From NCBI GenBank assembly GCA_012295275.1, contig CM022675.1:12772001-12836000 (forward strand): a stretch of DNA of 64,000 bases, read 5' to 3'. This document shows positions 53,842 to 64,000 of this stretch, piece after piece; positions within the stretch are counted from its first letter, which is position 1; each line of letters starts with the position of its first letter. A program made the translations under genes and the position numbers. The notes beneath the pieces were generated by a model. It had not been told where the DNA came from. It did not search any database and was given only the letters and a program-made list of their open reading frames with translations. This DNA is from Chrysomallon squamiferum. Its lineage: Eukaryota; Animalia; Mollusca.

Positions 53842-53946
53842 ACTCGCTGCTGTAGTTGTTGATGATGCAGCGTGCAGGAAACAAGATGAATGTCATGAAG
53901 TCAGCAGTAACAAAGATTCCTCCGGTTAAGGAACTGAAGCAAGAAG
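53842..53946 (+). CDS. Candidate exon with internal start, MMQRAGNKMNVMKSAVTKIPPVKELKQE (ATG 53862)
   Basis: Acceptor cttttcag| and donor AAG|GTAACA, with a GC-richer composition than the flanks. Protein family not recognised. Confidence 0.5.
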
Positions 53947-55638
53947 GTAACAAAGATTTAACTTCTAAAATTTTACTTGTATTCTCCCCTGTTTTACAAT
54001 GGGGGAATATATATATATATATAAAAAAATAATAATAAAAATAAAATTTGCAGTTAAGATCATCATACCATTCATAAGATGATATATAGAAAGAAATGAA
54101 TGTAAATAAATAAAAATGTGAGATAAACTAGGTTTTGTTAGTTGTAGTTACAGTTACAGTATAGTGAGTATGTAATACTGTATGTATTGTGTACAAAAAA
54201 AGGTAGGTATGGGGTTTGGTTTCACTTTTTTTTTAATTCTAGAGCAGTGTCTGCATTGTGTTGTTTCAGCTTTGTGTATGTACATGAAAGTTTTTTTTCA
54301 CAAATATTTAAATATACCGTTCGCTTTAAAACCTGTTCTTGCCTTTAACGATATAGATTGCTGTTTATTCAAATGCAGAAAGGGAAATAGTTATGAAAAG
54401 ATGATAATTCAAAAGAAATACTTAAAAAATATATAAAAATATGAAAAACAGAAAATATAACAAAAAAATAATGTTTTAAAAAATATATATATTTTTTTAT
54501 TTGATCTGAAATATATAAATTTTACTTACGTATATATTACCTATTTCTTGTATCTAAAATAATATATTTTTATAAAATTGTTCTGAAATCTATACACTTG
54601 TGAATATTGATTAAATATTTGATGACATCCAAAGACAAATATATTTTGGTGATAACTGAATAAAGAAATTAAATATACCAAAAAAAAAAAATAAAAACAA
54701 AAAAAAAAAATAGAAAAAATAAAAAATAAAACAAAAAAATAATAAAACAAAACAAAAATAAATAAATAAATGAAATAAAAACACTGTTTTGTTCAGAACT
54801 TTTAAACACAGTATTTAAAATGGTCCTAAACTGGTTTAAAAAAGAAAAAGCAGATCTGTGGGGCTAAAGAATAGAATTATTACTATACATGGCAAAGCAC
54901 ACAATTTGTACACAGTGTGGCTTGATTTAAAAATAGCTGTATGAGCACAGGAAAAAACAACAAAACAATGGAAATAAAATTTTATTGTTTATAAAGTGTG
55001 AATTTAAAATAGTGATATTTAAGAATCCATTATTTAACAATACCTGAATGTATTTAAAAAAAAAAATTGTATTTTAATTTTTTATTTTTTTATAGATGTA
55101 GAATTGTTATGTAAGTATTGAAATGTATGTTACTCAAATGTATCTGAATTTATATACAGTTCCTTTTTTTTTTCCTTTTAAATGTATTTGTATATATATA
55201 TATATATATATTTTTTTTTTCATACTGTTTTTATTTTTTTATTTTTTTTTAATACATTGGCAATAGTTAGGGATATTTTTCCATAGTTTAACATGTGAAA
55301 TTTGAGATAAAATGAGGCAGACAGGTTTTCTAGCTTACCTGAAGTTGAAATAAGAAGGTGAAAGATGTTAGCCCAGTTTGTTGGTTTTACACCTAGCCTG
55401 TTGCACTGGCCCTGCCATGATGTCATTTCGCACTTTCTACGTATTCATGTCTTCTACTAGTCTGTTCAGAGTTTACAAGCACTTTATTAATATATTATGT
55501 ACAGTTAGAAATGTTGATTACGATTAATCTATTACAAGGTTTACAAATCATTTTAATTAGCTAAATATTGTTTATAATTTTATTTGTTTTAAAATGGTTA
55601 TCGTTTGTTCCATTTTTAAATTCTTTTTTTTTTATTTG

Positions 55639-55686
<48 letters not shown>

Positions 55687-55811
55687 TATAAATTTCTAAA
55701 AAAGACAAATAATAAATATATAAGATAAGGTAAAAAGTTGTATTCATTTTTATACAGTTTACTTTTTTTGGGGTGGGGGAGTCAAAAGTATTAATATAAA
55801 ACCAAAACGTC

Positions 55812-55842
<31 letters not shown>

Positions 55843-56386
55843 CTTATTTATTTTCTAATTTAAAACAAACTTGAAGATAGATTTTTGACTGGTGATGTGT
55901 TTGTATGTATGTATGTAAGTATGAATGAGTGTATGAGACTTTTTATAAATTGTTATTATGGCATTAGTTACATGTCAGATTAGTTGTGGATGAATGAATG
56001 ACAGTCTGCTAGCATCTTGAGAACTTTGAACCAAAATTGTTAAGTTATAAAGTATCAGATAGCAGCTTTTCTGTGTATCTATAATAATAATAATAATAAT
56101 AATAATCCCTCTTATTAATTTTGTTGCTAAATAAGATATAAAAAATAAATACAAAAATAAATAAATAAATAAAACAAGTAAAAAAAAACCAAAAAACAAT
56201 ACAAAATGGGATAACAATTTACATTATTTTTTATCTTATTTTTTTAAAAAACCCTGTTTAAAATTATGTTTAACATTTAAAAAATAAAATAAAATAAAAA
56301 TAAATAAATTTTCACGTGGTCATAATGGAGTCTTATTAAAAATCTTAGTTGTTTATTTTTTCTTTTTTCTTTTAACCTTAATTTAA

Positions 56387-56422
<36 letters not shown>

Positions 56423-56443
56423 TCCTTAAATCTAAATGTAAAG

Positions 56444-56531
56444 AGAACTAAAATCATGGAAAAAATGACAAAATTAAACATGATCTCCATTTGTATATTA
56501 AAGGTTTTGAAAGGATACCCAGTCATCCAAG
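56444..56531 (+). other. Candidate alternative/cassette exon (internal ATG 56456, MEKMTKLNMISICILKVLKGYPVIQ)
   Basis: First AG after a ~29-nt T tract and donor CAAG|GTAACG. It ends in the same phase (1) as the 53842 exon. Confidence 0.35.
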
Positions 56532-57232
56532 GTAACGTATGTTCTACATGTACGGTGCAGATGTGCGTGCCTTTATTTATATTCATATAGCTATGCATTT
56601 ATACTAAGACAGATCTCAACACTTTTCATTCTTATTGTCAGATGTTAATTGCTTATTTTTTTCGAGTATTCCAAAATACCCAACTCTTTCAATCAATTAC
56701 TAATACATCTTTGACATAACTCCATTGTCTGCACTTTAATCCCAGCTATAAATATTAATTATAATTATTAATTTTTTTTAAAAGAAAAGAAAAAAAAAAA
56801 GAAAATGTTAAAAAAATTAATAATTAAATTAAATTTTTTTTTTTTTTAAAAGAAAAAAAAAAAAAAAAAAAAAAGTAAAAAGTAAAAAAAAATTAATATT
56901 TCAGGAAAAATGTTTTTCTAGTATATTGCTAGGCTATTGCAGTTGTACACACTCAGTCTGGTATAGCTGGTGTGTACCTGCTCTTTGATGTAACATGTCG
57001 GACAGTTAGTTTTCTAACTAGTTGTTGTGAGATATTCTAGCCATTCAGATTCGCTCATTTTAACACAACATTTTTTTTAATATTATTATTTTTTTTTATC
57101 GTCCAGTCGGATGGTATGCTTGCATGGGCCTGGGAAAGACAGTTTATTGCATGCTGTGTTTTTAGGTACATTAAATATACAACCAACAAACTGGGCTCCT
57201 AACATTTTTCTTGTTCGTATGTTTACAACATC

Positions 57233-57270
<38 letters not shown>

Positions 57271-58689
57271 TTATTATTATTGTTCTTATGTATTTGAATA
57301 TGGAGACTGTCAGTATTTAAATAAACATCTGAATTTACTCGTAGTAGTGGTAGTAGTAGTAGTAGTAGTAGTAGTAATAATAATAATAATAATAATAACA
57401 ATAAATAAAACTTGGTGAATATTCAAAAATATATATATTTTTTTCTGTTTCCATTGTCATAAAATTGAATTTTTTAGTGAGTTTCTGATATAATTTTTTT
57501 TAAACTAATCAAATAATTGCAGGCTACAAACTGAGAAAATATTGAAATAACCATTAAAAAATCATTAGTATTTTTTATTTTTTTTTTTCCTTCTTCTTAA
57601 GTTAACATATTTTCTGTATAGCAAAAATTATAGATATTTAATTATATACTGACAAAGAGTTGTACTGTTGCTGTCTCATTTACTTACGCTCTGCATAAAA
57701 TATTTGTTGGAGAACTTTTAGTTTCTTTTTTAACCCTTTATGTGACAGGATATAATATTTTTTTTCAACTGCAGTCACAGATTATATTATCCAGGCCATA
57801 CTTTAGTAAGTTAAAACAAACCTATTTTTCTTAGAAACACAATTATAGATTATTTCTTATCCTTTTTTTTTAATATATACGGCTTTTGTGAGCAATATCA
57901 CGAAAAAGTTATTTATATTATTTTGTTTAGGACATACAGTCGACATATTCTATTTCAGGTGAAATTTATATTTGACTTCAGTTTTCTTAATTTTTTATTT
58001 GTTGTTTTTTTAAATTTACAAAATTTGTAGAAATTATTTTAAGGTGTGCTGTTTATAAAACTTCACAATGTAGACACTGCTTTGAAATGTTTGAGAAATC
58101 ATTGTGTTTTGTGTGTCTTTTGTCTGGGTTTGCACTGTAAAATGTTACTTTCTAATTATTAGATCTCGAAAGAAAGAACATATTTTTATCTTTGGGATTT
58201 GAGTGGGCACTTTGTTCTGTAATTGTATTATGAGTTATTTATATATTCATTCATTAAATTCATCACTGTAGAATTTTAAATTTTTTTATTTAAATTTTTT
58301 TTTTTTTTTATATTTTTATATATCTATATATATTTTGAATAAAGGATTTAAATTACTGTGTGGAAATAAAATACATATTTAGCAGATTAAAATTTAGTAA
58401 GATTTTGTTTTTAAATATATTTTAGAATTATCGCATGGCAGAATAGGAAAAAAGGAAAATATATAAATTTTAATTAAAAGAAACAGTTTCTTAGTATCAT
58501 TTATATTTTAAGTGGAGATATAAAAAGAAAAGAACTGTTTAGTGTGGTATTTTTGAGAGAATCATTAATGTAATTATTTAGTTCACTTTGATTATGATAA
58601 TGCTAACAATTTGAAAGTTCTGTAATTCAGAAATCTTCACTTGCAGGTAAGCTGTAACGTAATGTCAGATAGTTTTTGTATTATTATTT

Positions 58690-58724
<35 letters not shown>

Positions 58725-60576
58725 TTAAATTGTCACAGTGTTTATAATTATAAATGTTTTATTTGCAGTTTTATAATCTTAAACATACTTCAAGTAGATT
58801 TATGCTATCAAAACATTTAAAATGCATGTTGTTAGAAACACTTTCTTACTTGTAAAGTCTATATACAAATCTAAAAGCTGAGTTAAGCATGTTTATTTTA
58901 AACCCAGTTCATAATATTAAAAAAAAAAACAAAATTAAAACTTTTCGCACAGTTTTGTTTAGTTTGGTGGATTGATTCTGTCTGTTGTTCTTTAGTTTTA
59001 GTTTTTTTTCTTATCATACGCTTATTTATAAAACTAGTAACCATCACTACCTTCCACAGCCACAACAATAAATATTAATTTTTCTTCCTGCCTTTTTGTT
59101 TTTCTGTTAAATTAATAAAAAAATTAATACACTAAAATATCTTACAGCTTGTACAGCTTGTAGCTGAATTTTTCACTTTTCCTCTTTCAAGTATGAATTT
59201 AAAAATAAAAAACAAAATAAAATAAATTATTTATAAAATAATAAATAAATAAATATTTTCATTTCCCCTATTACTTATACAGAAGTTTTAATATTAATGT
59301 TCTGTTAGTTAAATTTATATATTTGAAAGGCGATTTTTTTGTTTTGTTTTAGATAATGTTTTAAATATATTTTCATTACACTATTAAGAACATTTTATAG
59401 ATGGTATATAAAAATAAAAATAAAAAATGCTGGAAAATAAGCTTTTTGAACAATATCTGGCAATAATAAGCTTTCTAAAACTTCTTTTTAGTGTTTAGAC
59501 GTTTTTGTTTTTTGTTCTTTGTTTTTATTCTTCCTTTTTGTGTGTGCCTGTCTGTCACCTCTAAAAACAAAATGGTTGTCTTGTAGAGAAGGTAAAAGGA
59601 GAAAAAATGTTTCCTATGACATAACTCCAAGTTTCAGTCTTTGCTTACAGGTTTTATCTAGTCATTTTTATACATTCTTAAAAAATTAAAGAAATAATAG
59701 TAAAGAAATAAAACTAAATTAAATAAATGTAATCAAATTAAATAAGTGTAAATCAAATTAAAAAATATTATTAAAACAAGTTTAGAAATTAAGAAATTAA
59801 AAGAAAGAAAGAAAGAAAAAAATGAAATTATTATTAAAATAAATACAATTAACCAAACAAATTATCAGTGGAATGCTTTTCCTTATTGTGTTTGCTATTG
59901 TCTAGGTAACCTGTACATTTAAGAGACAAAGTTTCAAAAAAAAAAAAAAAAAGTTAAAAATATATCTTGAAACAAATGTAAATTATATTTTATTGCAATA
60001 AATACACAGGTATCCCTCATTAAATATTTTTAAATCACCTATTTCTTTAATACCAGAAATCACAGAAAGTTTGAGGATAAATACTTTGATTATACTGAAA
60101 CATTTATCATAGAGAACTGTGGTTTATACTTACACACACACACACACACACTCTCACACATATATATTACTTTAAATTTCATAAATCGGATAAAATTATG
60201 TTAATGAAAAAATTAAAAAAAAAACCGATAATTTGAAGAATTACATGAAAAACAGACAATAAAACTTAAAAAAAGATTTAAGATTAGAATAATACAAACA
60301 AGTTAACAAAACATAAATAAATATATACTAAGGTAATCGATATGATGAATTATTTGTTAATTAGCAAAAGTTTGTTTGTTGTTTGGTTAGTGGTATAGCT
60401 GCATGTAATTTACTAACATAACAGGTTTACTTGTTCAGGTATTTTTTTATTATTATTATTTTTAATCACTTTTATAATACAGAATCATATTTATAGTATG
60501 CATGCATTAAAATAATCATTAATCCAGCTTTGTTTGCCACAGGTATTATTGTTATTATTATTACTATTACTGTTAA

Positions 60577-60613
<37 letters not shown>

Positions 60614-60667
60614 TACATTAACAACCATAATTATTAGTGAGATGTCATCAGCCTTTGTTTATTAAAA

Positions 60668-60706
<39 letters not shown>

Positions 60707-61043
60707 GTGTATAGTTAATCTAGTTCACAGCTAGCTGACTTTGTTCCATACCTAGTGTGTTTTGGGATATTTCATGTAGATACAAAAGTTTGTTAAACTT
60801 TCAAATATCTTTCCTATGTCCTGTTTTGGTTTTAGAAGAACAGTTTGATTTTTTTTTGTTTTGTTTATTTCAGAGCACCAGTTTAGAAAAACAAAATGTA
60901 ATATGATATTTATTCATTTATTTATTGTCCTTTAATTATTACTTCACTATTGTTTGATATTAAATAATAAAAGCATATAAAATAAAAATAAATACATAAT
61001 TTAATGAATGATTAAAATATTCAGAACAAGCAAACAAAAGACA

Positions 61044-61080
<37 letters not shown>

Positions 61081-61759
61081 GTAATATAAAAAAACACATT
61101 AATAAAGCAAAATTCTAATCAGTTTTATTATAGATTTAGTTTTTTTTTTTCTTTTTATAGTTTTGTTTTTAAAATATGTTTATTGTTACTTATGTTATAA
61201 ACTTCATTATTTTTAAAGTAAAAGGTCATACTGTTAAAACATTCCTACATAACAGCTACTGCAACAACAACAACAACAACAACAAACCAGCAACATTTAA
61301 CACCATTGGTAATACAAATAATAATTGTTTAATAACTGAAAGCTATTTTCTATTTATAAAATGATTTTTAAAGACAATTTTTATAGATCTGATTAAATAA
61401 TATTATTATTATTATTATTATTATCATTATTTTATTTTGATATCTGTTTTTACCAATTGTTTTTGCTTTATTTTCCTGCTTTCAATTTTCAATTTTCATG
61501 ACTGATTATACTGTACTGGCAGAAATGGTTAAAAAAACAGGGTGTGAAATTTTTGTTTAGATTTATTTTAATATGTTTGGTTAATGCTTTATTTTCTCAT
61601 CAGTTTTAAACAAATCACAAAATACACTTACACTTATGTGAGGTAATGATACTAAAACAGATAAATGTTCATTGGTATATAAAAAATAAATAATAAAACT
61701 CAACACAGTATTTTTTTTTTTTTTAAATCATGTCAGAGTATAAAGGAACAATAAAACAT

Positions 61760-62175
61760 AGACACATGTTTATATAATTAGGTCACATCTACATTTATTA
61801 AGAAACCAATTAAACAAGTGTACAGTAATATATTAATTCTGTACAGCCTTTTTGTTCATATAGCCAAAGGTTCATTCTAAGAATCAAATTAAATGCTCAC
61901 ACAGAAAATGTACTAAATCTGTAAAGCCTTTTTGTTCATACAGCTAAGGTAAACAATCAGTTGGATGCTCACACTTAGGTTAAATATACTAAGTTTGTAT
62001 AGACTATTTCTTCATATGACAACAGGTACATTCAAATAAACACCAAATTAAATGCACACACCAAAGTATACTAAATCAGTATAGATTTTTTTTTTTTTGT
62101 TCATTCCAATACAGATACACTTTATGAATGAAAAAAACTGATTCAGGCTAGACACATACAGATAATTTGTAATGT
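61760..62175. repeat. Degenerate ~75-80 bp tandem repeat, 4-5 units
   Basis: Recurrent aaattaaatgctcacac...tactaaatctgta.agcctttttgttcata. Confidence 0.7.
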
Positions 62176-63363
62176 AAGGTACCTTTAAAGAAAACAAATA
62201 AAACTATTTCTAAAATATAAATAAATCATTTCATGCCAGCTCGTGTCTGTTGATTTATAATTAAGTAAATATTTGAAAGTGCAAGGGTTAAATTCCACTG
62301 AGAACATTCCTTTGTTTTGTAGTATTTTGTTTGGTGTTTAAAACTGTTGTTTGCTTTTTATCTTAGCCAGGTACCCAGGGAAAAGTCTAGCAGACAGGTT
62401 TTCATATCATTGTTCTTTCATTTTATTTATTTATTTATTTATTTTTTTAATTCTTTGTGTTATGTTTGGATCCATTCTTTTAATATACCTTTGCACCTTA
62501 CACTTCCCATTTCTCCCCTACAGTGACATCTGATTATTATGTTACAAGCAACACTAACAAGCATCATGTATGTGTTTGATATTCTTCTTAATAAATACAT
62601 AACTATTTAAATACTGATGTATATAAGTCAGTTAAATATATATATATTTGTGTTGTTTATTTTTACTGTTATAAGTTCACTGTTGTTTGCAGCTTTTGCA
62701 GATATGTTTGTTATTGTTTAGATTATGAAAGAACATTTTTTTTATTTGAAAAATTTATTTACTTCTTCAGTTTTAATACCATAAAGTTTGTTGATTTTTG
62801 ATTTTTATATTTTTAATTTATTGCTTTTATAATGACAAATGGAAACAACTTGCTTACTTTTTTTTCTTGGAGTGGCTTCAGTTTAGTTCTTTTTTTTTAT
62901 TTTTATTTTTATAAAATATTTATTTAATGATCAGTAATTAAACTCACAAAGAAAAATAGTTATTTCCCATTCCAAACAGGTACTGGGTTGTTCACTGTGT
63001 GCTTTTTTTAATTGATGCATTTAATTATTTTTATCCTGTAGTAAGATGCTTATTAACAATATGCTGCTAGTTTAAACACATATTATATGTAGTAGAAGAA
63101 CCCTTAACATTAAACAAATATTTGTAGCTCTTAAAATTTACACATTGGTGAGAGAGACAGAGTGATGTAAGTGGTATTTTAGTTACTTCAGCAGTGAAAC
63201 CAGAAATTATATTTGTAGTTCTGTTCTGAATTCTGCCTTCTGTTGTAATTGTAAGTGATTTGTTCATAAATGTCAGTAATTAAGTTTTACAGCTTTCAAG
63301 AAAAGAATCATTAAAATAATAACAAAGGAAAAAATAATAGGAACAATATATTTTAAAAAATCA

Positions 63364-63402
<39 letters not shown>

Positions 63403-64000
63403 TATTATTATTATTACATCATGCGTGTGAGGGCGTCTGTTTCTGGGTGTGTCTGCATGCGTGTGTGTTTGGAACATTTATCACAATTGTTGTAATTAAT
63501 ACTACTTCATCCTTACAATTTAGTTTCCACTGTGGGTAATCTTTAAGGTTTGTGTTTTGACTGAGCATGATATTGATACTGAGTAGTGTTATACTTACTA
63601 GTTAGACTAACACACAACAATAGGAGACTCACAGTAATTGAGCTGGCTGTTTCTGAAATACACTTTGAGTGTAATTTTTATTATTCATATGAACAGTAAG
63701 CTGTAATGCATTCTGTATGCTTCCAAATTATTGTTTTGTTTGCTTTGGTAATTTTTTCTTTGATACTAATGAAGTGTGACAAAATAACAAGTTTGTAGAA
63801 AAGCTTGGAGACTGCTGTCATTCATTTTTGGCTGGTATTTCAAAAACAAAACAAATAATAAAAAAAAAAAAAAAAAAAAGAAGATAATAATAAAAAAAAA
63901 AAAATATATATATAATAATAATAAAAACAAATAATAGGATATAAAATAATACATCATGATTTTTAAATCTTCAAGGTTATTTTCCTGTGTTTTATTGTTA

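Overview
AT-rich, microsatellite-dense animal genomic DNA, probably from an invertebrate. A mollusc is likely from the SINE remnants, but this is not proven. Two complete intron-containing genes were reconstructed by hand on the minus strand with GT-AG junctions and consistent phases: KANSL1/NSL1 (8 coding exons, 28901->15859, 1149 aa, putative ~3.85 kb 3'UTR) and ACADL (9 coding exons, 42213->35068, 432 aa). They lie in the same order and orientation as human ACADL-KANSL1L. An unidentified plus-strand gene starts head-to-head with ACADL near 43875 and runs off the right edge. Two candidate first exons of an unidentified minus-strand gene lie at the left end. The most unusual observations are: (1) a ~2.1 kb tandem array in a KANSL1 intron made of ~12 extra copies of a real 3' splice site plus the start of the exon, and a second independent acceptor-spanning duplication in the same gene; (2) a 27-bp long-range inverted complementarity in the plus-strand gene that encloses a candidate cassette exon, lies beside two UGCAUG motifs and may belong to a nested multi-arm RNA structure; (3) tandem hairpins in the KANSL1 3'UTR. 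Most ORFs in the supplied track are microsatellite or antisense artefacts. Comparisons with human sequences are from memory, not from searches.
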